DNA of 64,000 nucleotides from an uncultured delta proteobacterium. Its GTDB lineage: Bacteria; Myxococcota_A; Polyangia; Polyangiales; B10-G4. Under the pieces are notes generated by a model that did no database searches, was not told where the DNA came from, and worked only from the letters and a program-made list of their open reading frames with translations. Where the stretch lies: NCBI GenBank assembly GCA_963727445.1, contig CAVSGI010000014.1, positions 64,001-128,000 on the forward strand. The letters are read 5' to 3'. A program made the position numbers and the translations under genes. Shown piece by piece: positions 34,288 to 44,378 of the stretch (within the stretch, counting starts at the first letter, position 1; every line of letters begins with the position of its first letter).

Positions 34288-34914
34288 GTGCACCGCCCCC
34301 GGAGCTCGACGGCGGCCTGGGTCGCCTCTGTCGCCCTCTCTGTCGTGGGCGCGCTCGCATGTGGTGGGGCGGACGTCAGCGCGTCCGACGAGACGGCGGC
34401 GGGACCCGCGACTCAGAGCGACCCGCCACCCTATACCCCTCCGCCCGGGAGCGAGGCGCGCACCGGTGAGGTCTCCGCTCTGGCCACGGCGGGCGGATAC
34501 GACCAGGCGCGCGCCGTCGCCATCGAGCTCGTCACCGCGGTGCGCGACAGCGACGAGGAGACCCTCACTCGCCTGGTGACCGATCCGGTGGGGCGCGTCC
34601 TGCCGCGGCTCACCGCGCCGAACCGCGCGCGCGACACCGTGCTGCGTCAGATCCTGCACTCCCCCCGGCGAGCGGGCCTCGGACCGGACGTGGAGCTCGA
34701 CGCCTTGATCGATCCGACGCAGATGACGGTGACGCCGCTTTCCCGCCTGCCCAATGCGCCGGCGATCCCGGCCGGCCTGCTCGGCAGCGACCTGATGGTC
34801 CGCTTCCCGCTGGCCGCGACCGGGCGGCAGCAACTGCGCTTCGTGCTGAGCTGGGCGGTGGAGGGCGCGATCATCGTGCGACCGGGCAGCGAGCCGCGCG
34901 TCGTGGCCCTCTGA
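34288..34914 (+). CDS. Hypothetical lipoprotein
   Basis: Lipobox ALAC-GG; co-directional and tightly spaced. Confidence 0.6.
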   Translation: MHRPRSSTAAWVASVALSVVGALACGGADVSASDETAAGPATQSDPPPYTPPPGSEARTGEVSALATAGGYDQARAVAIELVTAVRDSDEETLTRLVTDPVGRVLPRLTAPNRARDTVLRQILHSPRRAGLGPDVELDALIDPTQMTVTPLSRLPNAPAIPAGLLGSDLMVRFPLAATGRQQLRFVLSWAVEGAIIVRPGSEPRVVAL

Positions 34915-34926
34915 TATCTTCGGCGC

Positions 34927-35256
34927 ATGATCGCCAGCGAAGACACATTCGTCGTGCTCTGTACGGCCCCGGACACCGAGGTCGCCGCGCGCCTGGCCAA
35001 AGGCCTGGTCGAGGCGAAGCTCGCCGCCTGCGTGAACGTCATCGGCGGCCTCCGCTCCTTCTACGTCTGGAAGGGCGAGCTGTCGGAGGACGGCGAAGTG
35101 CAGCTCCTGATCAAGACGCGCGCGAGCCTGCTCGAATCTCTGGAGGCGCACCTGAACGAGCACCACCCGTACGAGGTGCCCGAGATCCTCGCCCTCCCCG
35201 TCGCCCACGGCGGCGAGCCCTACCTCGCCTGGCTCCGCGACCAGACGTCGTCCTGA
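34927..35256 (+). CDS. cutA: Divalent-cation tolerance protein CutA
   Basis: KLAACVN, YVWKG, LIKT, HPYEVPEI, YLAWL. Confidence 0.95.
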   Translation: MIASEDTFVVLCTAPDTEVAARLAKGLVEAKLAACVNVIGGLRSFYVWKGELSEDGEVQLLIKTRASLLESLEAHLNEHHPYEVPEILALPVAHGGEPYLAWLRDQTSS

Positions 35257-35606
35257 CACGGGCGGCGGGCCTCAGTTGCGTCAGCCGCCGAGCGCCCCCG
35301 CAGGGACCGACTGAGAGGTACTGAGGTACCTCGCAGGGAGGGACCGAGGAGGTAAGCCGGCGGATGGCGTGACGTGCCCACCACACGGGCGGCGGGCCTC
35401 AGTTGCGTCAGCCGCCGAGCGCCCCCGCAGGGAGGCACCGAGGAGGTAAGCCGGCGGATGGCGTGAGGTGCCCACCACACGGCGGCGGGCCTCAGTTGCG
35501 TCAGCCGCCGAGCGCCCCCGCAGGGACCGACTGAGAGGTACTGAGGTACCTCGCAGGGAGGGACCGAGGAGGTAAGCCGGCGGATGGCGTGACTGAGGCC
35601 CGCCGC
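35256..35606. repeat. Three tandem copies (127, 94, 130 bp) of a palindromic REP/MITE-like element
   Basis: Units start at 35256, 35383, 35477; 15-bp inverted repeat GCGGCGGGCCTCAGT (35482-35496) / ACTGAGGCCCGCCGC (35592-35606); inner hairpin GAGGTAC-TGAG-GTACCTC. Confidence 0.9.
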
Positions 35607-36529
35607 TACGCTTTGCCGACGACGCGGACGTTACTCCGCACCTCGAACACGCCGCGCTGCTTCGCCGCGGCCAGCAGCCGCAGCGCTTCGCGGTAGCCGC
35701 GGGTGAGCAGCTTGCGGGCGTGGCGCCGGCTGGTGAAGGGGAACGCCCCGAGGTCGGCGGCGACGTTGAGCACCGTGACGTGGGGATGCAGGCGCTGGAT
35801 CAGGTCGATGCCGCGCTTCTCCTTTTCGCTCAAGATGATGTTGAGCGCCTGTCGGGCGACGGCGGGACCGCCCGCGTGTACGAGCGAGCGATCCTTGTGA
35901 CGCGTGACGTGGGGGCGATAGACGTTGGAGACGACGACCACGTCGGCGCCGGCCGACAGCGCGAGGTCGATGCTCAGCGTGCGCACCACCTCCCCGTCGA
36001 CGTAATAGCGATTGCCGATGCGGTAAGGACGGAAGAGGACCGGAACGCACGAAGAGGCCGCGATGGCTTGACTGATCGGGACCTCTTCTTCGTAGCCGCG
36101 TCCGAAGACGGCGCGCCCCTGTCCGTCCACGTCGCAGGCGGTCACGAGGAGCGTCCGGTCCAGGCGGCGGAAGTCGTTGATGGGCAGACGCTCCGCGAGG
36201 AACCGCTCGAAGCGATCGATCGACAGAAAGCCGCTCGTGAGGTACCCGGGGCTCGAGAGCTGCTCGAGGCTCGGCGCGCCCAGAAAGAAGCGGCCCTTGA
36301 GCGCGCGTGCGTCGCGACGGAGCCAGAACGGGCGCAGCCAATCCACCATCTGGTCGGGCGTGAAGCCCTGCGAAAAGAAGGCGCCGGCGATGGCGCCCGC
36401 GGAGGCCCCGACGTAGACGTCGGGCGCGAGGCCCAGCTCCTCCATCGCCTTCATGACGCCGAGGTGTGCAATCCCTTTCGTGGCCCCTCCGGACCCGACG
36501 AATGCGATGCGCGGCTTGTCAGTCCCCAT
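35606..36529 (-). CDS. Patatin-like phospholipase
   Basis: SGGATKG oxyanion loop, GASAG nucleophile elbow, ASSCVP, VDGE. Confidence 0.9.
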   Translation of the reverse strand: MGTDKPRIAFVGSGGATKGIAHLGVMKAMEELGLAPDVYVGASAGAIAGAFFSQGFTPDQMVDWLRPFWLRRDARALKGRFFLGAPSLEQLSSPGYLTSGFLSIDRFERFLAERLPINDFRRLDRTLLVTACDVDGQGRAVFGRGYEEEVPISQAIAASSCVPVLFRPYRIGNRYYVDGEVVRTLSIDLALSAGADVVVVSNVYRPHVTRHKDRSLVHAGGPAVARQALNIILSEKEKRGIDLIQRLHPHVTVLNVAADLGAFPFTSRRHARKLLTRGYREALRLLAAAKQRGVFEVRSNVRVVGKA

Positions 36530-36597
36530 GCGGTGAGCACATCGTAGCAGGGCCGCGGCCTCGCCGCCGAAAATCGAACCAGGAATGTCTCCGGGCG

Positions 36598-37482
36598 CTA
36601 CTCCTCGGAGCGTCCACCGCGGATGACACGCAGGTTCAGCTCGCCCAGATGGCGTCGCGCCGGCGGTGTGAGCGCCGAGCGCGGCCAACGCCGGGTGAGG
36701 GTACGGAGTGCGTTGCGGGCCTCGTCGATGCGCTCGAGCTCCTCCGCGCACTGACTCAGAAGCCACATCGCGTCGGGCTGGAGCTCGCGGTCGATGTTCT
36801 GCTCCACCACCGCCTGCGCGAGCACGATGGCCTCGCTCTGACGCCCGAGGCGCCTCAGCGCGCGCGCCAGCTGATACTTCACGCTCGGGATGTGGGCGCC
36901 CGAATCCTCGAGGTCGATCGCTTCCTGGAACTTCTCGGCGGCCTCGGCGTACCGCCCGGTGCGCATCAGATCGAGGCCCTGCTGGTACGCCTGCACGCTG
37001 AGGTCGAGCCGGAACTCTTCGACCGTGTCCCGGAAGAACGCGGCCTCGGCGCGGGTCACGGGCGCCTGCCGGATGGTGTCGTATCCATCGACCACCTCGC
37101 GCCGCTTCTGCTGACGGATGAGATCGTAGTAAGCCGCGGCCTCGGACTCCGCCCTCCCCTGCGCCTCGACCCGATCGGTCTGCTCCTCGAGCTCCTCGGT
37201 GAGCTGGCGGGCGCGCTCGCGAAGGTCCGCCTGCTCCGCCTCGATCTCGCGGATCCGCGCGTCCGAAGCGAGCTTGAGACCGACGAAGGAGATGGTCGCG
37301 AACAGGACATAGGCCACCGCGCTGTTCCAGTTGAAGCGGCGCTCGTAGCCGGCCTGGCGCTTGGCGATGTGCTTGATGTCCGCCGAGAGGGAGTTGACCA
37401 GGTTGTTGGTCTTGATGGTCAGGCCGCGAGATTCGATGATCTCCTTCTTGATCTCGCGGATTTCCTCGTCGGCCTCGCGCAT
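36598..37482 (-). CDS. Membrane-anchored coiled-coil/TPR protein
   Basis: Coiled coil, TM (AVAYVLFATISFVGL), coiled coil, C-terminal TPRs ending RRWPRS. Confidence 0.75.
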   Translation of the reverse strand: MREADEEIREIKKEIIESRGLTIKTNNLVNSLSADIKHIAKRQAGYERRFNWNSAVAYVLFATISFVGLKLASDARIREIEAEQADLRERARQLTEELEEQTDRVEAQGRAESEAAAYYDLIRQQKRREVVDGYDTIRQAPVTRAEAAFFRDTVEEFRLDLSVQAYQQGLDLMRTGRYAEAAEKFQEAIDLEDSGAHIPSVKYQLARALRRLGRQSEAIVLAQAVVEQNIDRELQPDAMWLLSQCAEELERIDEARNALRTLTRRWPRSALTPPARRHLGELNLRVIRGGRSEE

Positions 37483-37553
37483 GGAAGCAGGCGGATTAGC
37501 CGACAACCTCGGGCTTTTCAAGGCGACGTGGGCTATATACAGTCCCCGCCAAA

Positions 37554-38114
37554 ATGTACGAGACCTCCGACATCCGCAAAGGCCTGAAGATCCTCATCGA
37601 TGGCCAGCCCTACAACATCGTCGAGTTCCAATTCGTCAAGCCCGGCAAGGGCCAGGCGTTCACGCGAACGAAGCTGAAGAACCTGATCAACGGGTCGGTC
37701 ATCGAGCGCACCTTCAAGAGCGGTGAGAAGCTCGACAAGGCGGACGTCGAGTTCAAGGAGATGCAGTACCTCTATCCCGAAGGCGACATGTTCGTCTTCA
37801 TGGACACCAAGAACTACGACCAGACGTCGCTCACCTCGGAGCTCGTGGGCGACGACAAGTACTACCTCCTCGACGGAACCGTGGTGGAGGTGCAGTTCTT
37901 CGACGGCCGCGCCATCGGCGTGTCCCTGCCCACCTTCGTCGAGCTCGTCGTGGCCGAGACCGAGCCGGGCCACAAGGGCGACACCACCAGCAACGTCCAG
38001 AAGCCGGCGACGATGGAGACCGGCCTTCAGACGTCGGTGCCCCTCTTCGTCGAAGCCGGCGAGAAGCTCAAGATCGACACGCGGACCGGCGCCTACGTCG
38101 AACGCGTCAAGTAG
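37554..38114 (+). CDS. efp: Elongation factor P
   Basis: VKPGKGQAF (Lys at modification site), GDT, METG, DTRTGAYVER. Confidence 0.98.
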   Translation: MYETSDIRKGLKILIDGQPYNIVEFQFVKPGKGQAFTRTKLKNLINGSVIERTFKSGEKLDKADVEFKEMQYLYPEGDMFVFMDTKNYDQTSLTSELVGDDKYYLLDGTVVEVQFFDGRAIGVSLPTFVELVVAETEPGHKGDTTSNVQKPATMETGLQTSVPLFVEAGEKLKIDTRTGAYVERVK

Positions 38115-38121
38115 GACGGCC

Positions 38122-39336
38122 TTGGAGCGCGCGCGCCCCGCCGCGATCGTGCGCCGCCTTCCGCCGGGATCGCGCGTCACCCTCGCGGGCCGACTCGTGC
38201 GTCGTGATGGCGCGCGCGCCGTCCTCGCGGACGAGACCGGCAAGGTGACGCTCGCCTCCGCGCCGGAGGGCTGGCCCGAGCTCGGCACCCTCCTCGAGGT
38301 GGAAGGCCTCTGGGACGGCGAGCTGCTCTCTGTCGAAACGCTGGCCGCGGGCGAGTCTCCGCGCGCGAGCTTCCCGCGCCCCGACGGCGACTACGCCTGG
38401 CTCACGGCCGACGGTGGTCGGCGCGCCAACAACCTGCGCACGCGCGCCGCCGTCCTGGGCGCCATCCGCGCCTTCTTCGACGCACGCGGTTTCGTGGAGG
38501 TGCAGACGCCGCTCCTCGTGCGCAGCCCCGGCACCGAGCCGCACCTCGAAGCCTTCCGCGTCGAGACCGGGGGCGACCCACGCTTTCTGATCACCAGCCC
38601 CGAGCTCCACATGAAGCGCCTGCTCGGAGGCGGGCTCTCACGCATCTACCAGCTCTGCCGCGTCTTTCGGCGCGACGAGGCGGGACACCTCCACGAGCCG
38701 GAGTTTTCGATGCTCGAGTGGTATCGCGCCTTCGCCGGCTCAGAGGAGGTGATGCGCGACACCGAGAGTCTGGTGGCCGCGGTCGCCGGGGAGATCTCCG
38801 GGACGGCGACCCTCGCAGTGAACGGACAGGCGGTGGACGTGGCGGAGCCCTGGGAACGGATCCGCGTCGACGACGCGCTCCGCCAGCACACCGGCCTCGT
38901 CTCGAGCGAGGTTCTGCCCGACGAGGAGCGCTTCTTCCGGGCCTGGGTGGACGGCGTCGAGCCGAAGCTCGGGCGAGAGCGGGCCACCTTCGTCACGCAC
39001 TGGCCCGCGTCGATGGCCTCGCTCGCGCGCCTCTTGCCGGAAGCGCCCGGCTTCGCGGATCGCTTCGAGGCGTACGTGGGCGGGGTCGAGCTCTGCAACG
39101 GCTTCGGCGAGCTGGTCGACGCGGCCGAGCAGCGGCGCCGGATGGAGGCCGAGGCGGAGACCCGCCGCGCGCAGGGGATGGCGGAGTATCCCATCGACGA
39201 ACGTTTCCTCGGCGCCCTCGAGGAAGGCCTGCCGCGCAGCGGGGGCAACGCCCTCGGCGTCGACCGGCTGGTCATGATGATCTGCGGCGAGACCAGCGTC
39301 GGCGAGGTGACCGCGTTTCCTCGGGAGCGACTCTGA
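38122..39336 (+). CDS. epmA: EF-P lysine aminoacylase EpmA/GenX with N-terminal extension (start uncertain)
   Basis: FVEVQTP, LITSPELHMKRLL, FRRDE..HEPEFSMLEWY, ELCNGFGEL, ALGVDRL; directly after efp. Confidence 0.92.
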   Translation: MERARPAAIVRRLPPGSRVTLAGRLVRRDGARAVLADETGKVTLASAPEGWPELGTLLEVEGLWDGELLSVETLAAGESPRASFPRPDGDYAWLTADGGRRANNLRTRAAVLGAIRAFFDARGFVEVQTPLLVRSPGTEPHLEAFRVETGGDPRFLITSPELHMKRLLGGGLSRIYQLCRVFRRDEAGHLHEPEFSMLEWYRAFAGSEEVMRDTESLVAAVAGEISGTATLAVNGQAVDVAEPWERIRVDDALRQHTGLVSSEVLPDEERFFRAWVDGVEPKLGRERATFVTHWPASMASLARLLPEAPGFADRFEAYVGGVELCNGFGELVDAAEQRRRMEAEAETRRAQGMAEYPIDERFLGALEEGLPRSGGNALGVDRLVMMICGETSVGEVTAFPRERL

Positions 39337-39387
39337 TGGACTTCGCCGAGCTCTGGGTCAGCAGCGGGGGCGCCTCGTGGTGAACCC

Positions 39388-40404
39388 TCAGGGCGCCGGC
39401 GGCGCGCCGAGCGCTTCGGGCGAAGCCTCGCGATAGGCGGCCGGCGGCTCGGGGATCCCCTCCCCCACGCGGTAGTTGTGCTCCCGCGCCTGGTCCTGAC
39501 GCTGGACGGCCAAGAACCGCTTGCGGTGCGCTTCCACCTCGAAGAGCGCCTGGCGGTAGCGCGGCTGTGGGTCGAGCTCCCGGGCCTCGAGCGCGGCCGC
39601 GCGGGCCGAGGCGAAGTGACGCGCCGGGTGGTCGAGAGTCGAGCAATCGTAGAGGCGCGCCATCGAAAGGTCGTAGAGCACCCGCGCGTGGTCCTCCGGG
39701 AGCAGGCGGTCCAGCGCGCCCCTGTCCTTCAGCGCTTCGAGCGCCCGGCGGCCCCCCGCCCAGTCGCCGTCGTCAATCGCGTCGAGCGCACGCTCCACCT
39801 CGGGGTCGTCGACCTCGAGGAGCTCCACGCTCACGACCTCCACGCGCTGGTCGAGCTTCTGCGAGAGCCTCTGCGAGAGGGTCTCGACCGCTCGATTCTC
39901 CATCACGTCGTAGTCGCGCCCCTCGTCCGACACCTCGGACCTCGCCTCCTGGAGGACGGTCGCGCTCGGCCCGTCGTAGACGGTCAACGTCGCCCGAGCG
40001 ACGAGCGTCGGCACGTCGTATTGATAGGAGCGCCGCGTGCGATAGCACCCGACCGAGCCACAGATGGTCTGCGGACGGCTGGTCCAGCGGCTCTCGACCC
40101 CGCGCACGAACGCGAGGCGCGGCAGCACCACCACCGTCGCCGGGGGGATCCGATGGGCGAAGCGCAGGGGCTCGAGGTCGCGAAGCTCGACGAGCTCGAC
40201 GTCGGCCTCGCCGTCGAGGTGCTGGGCGAGCGCCGTCGCGAGCGAGCGCTCCTGAGGCGTAGTCGAGAGCACCAGCCAGATGCGGGGAAATGCGCGCACC
40301 GGGATCTCGGCCGGGTGCACGACCTCGCCGCGGACCCGCATCACACCGGTGCACCCGGCGAGGCAGACCAACAGAGCCAGAGATGTGGCGAGAGCGCCCC
40401 GCAC
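39388..40404 (-). CDS. Hypothetical lipoprotein with C-terminal TPR-like helices
   Basis: Lipobox LAGC-T. Confidence 0.65.
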   Translation of the reverse strand: MRGALATSLALLVCLAGCTGVMRVRGEVVHPAEIPVRAFPRIWLVLSTTPQERSLATALAQHLDGEADVELVELRDLEPLRFAHRIPPATVVVLPRLAFVRGVESRWTSRPQTICGSVGCYRTRRSYQYDVPTLVARATLTVYDGPSATVLQEARSEVSDEGRDYDVMENRAVETLSQRLSQKLDQRVEVVSVELLEVDDPEVERALDAIDDGDWAGGRRALEALKDRGALDRLLPEDHARVLYDLSMARLYDCSTLDHPARHFASARAAALEARELDPQPRYRQALFEVEAHRKRFLAVQRQDQAREHNYRVGEGIPEPPAAYREASPEALGAPPAP

Positions 40405-40514
40405 CGAAGAGAGAATGCGACCGTCTCGGGGCGAGCGCTAGAGAAGCCAACCGCATACGCTCGCGGCGCCCCGGGCGGGCACATCCCCGACCTCCGCGCG
40501 GGGATCTCGGAGCG

Positions 40515-41294
40515 CTACACGCGAGACTTCGCGCGCTCCCAGAGCGCGTCCAGCGCCTCGTGGCTCATCTCGTCGAGAGCGAGCCCCTCGTCGCGCGCGA
40601 TGGACTCCGCCTCGGAGAAGCGCCGGGAAAAGCGGTCGAGCGTCCCGCGGAGGGCGGCCTCCGGATCGAGGCCGCGCTTGCGCGCCAGGCTGCTCAGCGC
40701 GAAGAGGACGTCGCCGAGCTCCTCCTCCGCACGCGGCAGGTCTTCGGCGTCGAGGGCCTCGTCGAGCTCGGCGAGCTCCTCGTCGACCTTGTGACGCGCG
40801 CCCGCCACGTCCGGCCAGTCGTAGCCGACGGCGGCGGCCTTCTCGCCGACCCGCACCGCGCGCAGGAGCGCGGGCAATGCGACCGGCACGCCGTCGAGGG
40901 CGCCCCGCCCGGCCTTCTCCTGCTTCTTGAGGCGCTCCCAGTTGCCGAGGGCCGAGGCCGCGTCGTCGGCTTTCTCGTCGCCGAAGACGTGAGGATGCCT
41001 GCGCACGAGCTTTTCGCAGATGCCGTCGACCACGTCGTTCGGACCGAACCAGCCGGCCGCACGGGCGAGCTCGGCTTGAAAGACGATCTGCAGGAGCAGG
41101 TCGCCCAGCTCTTCCCGCAGGAGCGAGGGCTCGCCGCAATCGATGGCGTCGACGACCTCGAACGCTTCTTCGATGACGTAGGGGCGGAGGGTCTCGAGAG
41201 TCTGCTCCCGGTCCCAGGGACAGCCGTCGGGGGCTAGCAGGGACTGCATCACCTCCACGAGTCGGGGCAGGTTCTGTCCGCGCTGCTCATCCAT
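40515..41294 (-). CDS. mazG: Nucleoside triphosphate pyrophosphohydrolase MazG
   Basis: GCPWDREQT, EEAFEV, EELGDLL, KLVRRHPHVF, second EELGDVLF. Confidence 0.95.
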   Translation of the reverse strand: MDEQRGQNLPRLVEVMQSLLAPDGCPWDREQTLETLRPYVIEEAFEVVDAIDCGEPSLLREELGDLLLQIVFQAELARAAGWFGPNDVVDGICEKLVRRHPHVFGDEKADDAASALGNWERLKKQEKAGRGALDGVPVALPALLRAVRVGEKAAAVGYDWPDVAGARHKVDEELAELDEALDAEDLPRAEEELGDVLFALSSLARKRGLDPEAALRGTLDRFSRRFSEAESIARDEGLALDEMSHEALDALWERAKSRV

Positions 41295-41395
41295 GGCGCT
41301 CGGTTTAGTGCCTGGCCCGATCTTTGTCGAATGTGGGCGTCCTTCGCCCTGTGATATACATCGCGCCCTGCTGTTTCGGGAGGGAAGGGAAAAAC

Positions 41396-42632
41396 ATGAG
41401 GGGAATCATCAAGGCGTTGGGGACGCTCTCTGCGCTCCTGCTCGTCAGTTGCGCGGGTGGTCTGGGTCAAGGCCGCGGCGGCGGCGGTGGTCAGGCCGGC
41501 GGTGGGGGAAGCGCCAGCATCGGCGCGCAGTGTCAGGGCGGCTTCGGCGCCACGGCAGCTGCGAAGAAGTTCTCGGGCTTCATCAGCGCGGCGGTGGCGT
41601 TTTCGAGCGCGGCCAACGACATCGCGATGACGATGCAGAACACGTGCACCGACATGGGACGCACGCTCGGCATTCCGGACGCGGAGATGCAGCCGATGGG
41701 CGACACGCCCCCGGTGAAGGCTGCATGTGATGCGGTCGCGGCGAAGGTCCGCTCCGAGATGCAGGCGTTCCGCGCGGCGAACGTCACGGTGTCGGTTCAG
41801 CACACGCCGCCGCACTGCGAGGTCAGCGTCGACGCCTACGCGAACTGCATGGCGGAGTGCGACGTCAACTACGACCCGGGTGAGGCGAACATCCAGTGCG
41901 AGGGCGGCGAGAATCCGCGGCACCTGCACCGCCGAGTGCACCGGCACCTGCGCGGTGGAGGTCGAAGCGCACTGCGCGGGAAGCTGCGAGGGCACCTGCT
42001 CCGGCGGCTGCCGTGGCACCTGTCAGGGCGCCTGCGACGGCGAGTGCTCGGCCACGGACAGCGAAGGCAACTGCAACGGCTCGTGCAGCGGCACCTGCCA
42101 CGGCACCTGCTCCGCGAACTGCCAGGGCTCGTGCGAAGGCGAGTGCGTCGCGCAGGCCAACGGCCAGTGCTCCGGCGAGTGCCGCGGCGGCTGCTCGGTC
42201 GAGTGGCAGGAGCCACAGTGCACCGGCACCGTGCGCGCGCCCAGCGCGAGCGCCGACTGTCAGGCCGACTGTGACGCCCGCATCGACGCCCGTGCCGAGT
42301 GCACCTCCGGCTCCACCGAGGTGGCGATCGACGGCAACCTCGGCGACCTCGAGGAGCGTGCGGCGCGCATGACACAGGCGCTCGGCGCGGGTATGCCCGC
42401 GATCTTGAGCATGGGAGCCAAGGTACGACGTCTGACGGAGTCGGGCCGGGTGCTCGTCCAGCGCGCGCGCGACGTGCCGAACGCCATCGGCGATCTCGGT
42501 GTGACCGCGGTGGCCTGCGCGACGGAGTCGGCAGCCGTGGTGGCTCAGTCCTTCGCGAGCGTCAGCGTGAGCGTGGACGTCTCGGTGTCGGTCTCGGCCT
42601 CCGCTTCGGCCTCGGCCTCCGCCGGCAAGTAA
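41396..42632 (+). CDS. Cysteine-rich lipoprotein with tandem CxGx repeats; apparent frameshift at ~41912
   Basis: Lipobox LVSC-A; removing one A in GAATC gives CEGGEIRGTCTAECTGTC..; SVSVS/ASASA tail. Confidence 0.8.
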
Positions 42633-42647
42633 CCCGAGCAAACGCTC

Positions 42648-43721
42648 GTGGCTCGTGGGGAGCAGGGGGCGCGGGAGCGCGGCGCTGGGCTAGCCATCGC
42701 CGCCGCCTTCGGCGTCCTCTGCCTCCTCGTCCTCTTCGGCGTGCTGGCCGTGACGCGCGCCTGCGAGCCCGGCGGCACTCCGCCACCGCCGTACATGACG
42801 ACGGCGCCCGAGCCCTTCAGCGGCGCCTTCGCTGCGGCCGCGCGCATCGGCACCCCGGCCTGCCGGCAGCTCGGCCCCGGGCTGACTCCGTCGAGCTACC
42901 GCAGCGATCTGGGCCACGAGCTCGAGGAGCGCGGCTACGTGGCGGAAGGCGAATGGAGCCCACCGACGGCGATGCCCGCCGAGGTGCAAGCGAGCGGATG
43001 TGGCTACGTGGCGGCCGTCGCCGACGGTGGCTTCATCGCCAGCGCCCTCGAAGACGCGACGCGGCAAGAGGTTCAGTGCGGCGGCGAACGGGCGCTCTTT
43101 TCGACGTGCGGCCAGCAGCCGATGTCGATCCAGGGTCAGGGCGACCTTCTGAGTCGCGTGTACCTCGCACCGGGTATGACCGCGGCGGACGTCGCCGCCA
43201 GTGACTTCGATCTCCCGGTGCTCCTCGCTCACGCGGAGGCCGAGGTGACGCTGGGCGAGCTCGGCTTCTCGCCGTCCGAGGAGCTGGTCGTCGAGGATCT
43301 CGGCGTCGTGGTCGCGAGCTACTACCACACCACCCGCCCGCCGGCCGTTCCCGACGAAGGATGCGTGCTCTGGGTGGGTGTCGCCTCGGGCCTCGGCAAC
43401 GCCACCGCGACGTGGAGCGGTGAACCGGGGGCCGGCTTCATGCCAGCGACGACGAGCTCCGACCAAGCGAGGCGAACCGCCAGCTTCGCGGCCTTCGCTT
43501 GCGGGGCGGACGCCGGCGCCTTGCGCGCCACGTCGGAGGTGTCGCTCCTCGCACCGGAAGCGGGGCCCGCCCGCATCGTCTACCGCGCCTACGCCCCACC
43601 GGCGCATCCCGGCCCGGGCGTCACGCCCGCTTCCACCACGATTGCCCGCGCGCGCAAAGTCGACGCCGGACGCGCCACGCTCCCGGATACGGTGCCCTTC
43701 GTCCGGCCCGAGGTGGACTGA
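42648..43721 (+). CDS. Hypothetical membrane-anchored protein
   Basis: N-terminal TM; long ORF between co-directional genes. Confidence 0.6.
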   Translation: MARGEQGARERGAGLAIAAAFGVLCLLVLFGVLAVTRACEPGGTPPPPYMTTAPEPFSGAFAAAARIGTPACRQLGPGLTPSSYRSDLGHELEERGYVAEGEWSPPTAMPAEVQASGCGYVAAVADGGFIASALEDATRQEVQCGGERALFSTCGQQPMSIQGQGDLLSRVYLAPGMTAADVAASDFDLPVLLAHAEAEVTLGELGFSPSEELVVEDLGVVVASYYHTTRPPAVPDEGCVLWVGVASGLGNATATWSGEPGAGFMPATTSSDQARRTASFAAFACGADAGALRATSEVSLLAPEAGPARIVYRAYAPPAHPGPGVTPASTTIARARKVDAGRATLPDTVPFVRPEVD

Positions 43722-43767
43722 GGGGCGGTTGACGACGGCGGGGGTGGCCGGCATCGTGCGAAGCCCC

Positions 43768-44376
43768 ATGCGCTACAAGAAGAGCGAGATCAGCGCCTCT
43801 CAGATCGTCTCGGCGGCGATCCGCATTCTCGCCAAGCAGGGGTATGCACGCACCAGCTTGATGGACATCGCCCGTGAAGCGGGGATGAGCAAGGGCGCGG
43901 TCCACTACCACTTCCCCACGAAGGACGCGTTGATCCAGGAGGTGCTGGAGCGCGCCTGCGACGTGGTCGCCCAGCGGACCCTCGCCGCCTGGCAGGCGGG
44001 CGCGAGCCCCTTCGAGTCGATCCGCTCGTCGCTGCTCGAGCTGTGGAAGGTGCGCGCGGAGCGGACGGACGAGGCGTTGGTGATCGCCGACCTCCTCGCC
44101 CAGAGCCAGTACGACGACGTGCTCCGGCCCAAGCTCGCCGCCTATTACCGCTACGCCGCTTCACAGGTGCACGAGGCGATCACCCCCACCCTCCTCGCCG
44201 CCGGCCTCTCCCCGAAGGTTCCGCCCGAAGTCCTGCCGCGGATCCTCCTCGGGCTCCTCGACGGGCTGGTGATGCAGATCTTCGTCGACCCTGACGCCTT
44301 GAGCCCCGACGACGTGGTGGACGCCCTGGTCACCGTCGCGCAGTCCATGTTCCAGCTCGCCCCCGCGAAGAACTGA
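43768..44376 (+). CDS. TetR/AcrR family transcriptional regulator
   Basis: GYARTSLMDIAREAGMSKGAVHYHFPTKDAL HTH. Confidence 0.93.
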   Translation: MRYKKSEISASQIVSAAIRILAKQGYARTSLMDIAREAGMSKGAVHYHFPTKDALIQEVLERACDVVAQRTLAAWQAGASPFESIRSSLLELWKVRAERTDEALVIADLLAQSQYDDVLRPKLAAYYRYAASQVHEAITPTLLAAGLSPKVPPEVLPRILLGLLDGLVMQIFVDPDALSPDDVVDALVTVAQSMFQLAPAKN

Positions 44377-44378
44377 CG

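Noticed and set aside
35256..35606. CRISPR array
   Set aside because: Units are 94-130 bp near-identical copies with no unique spacers, and there are no cas genes in the window
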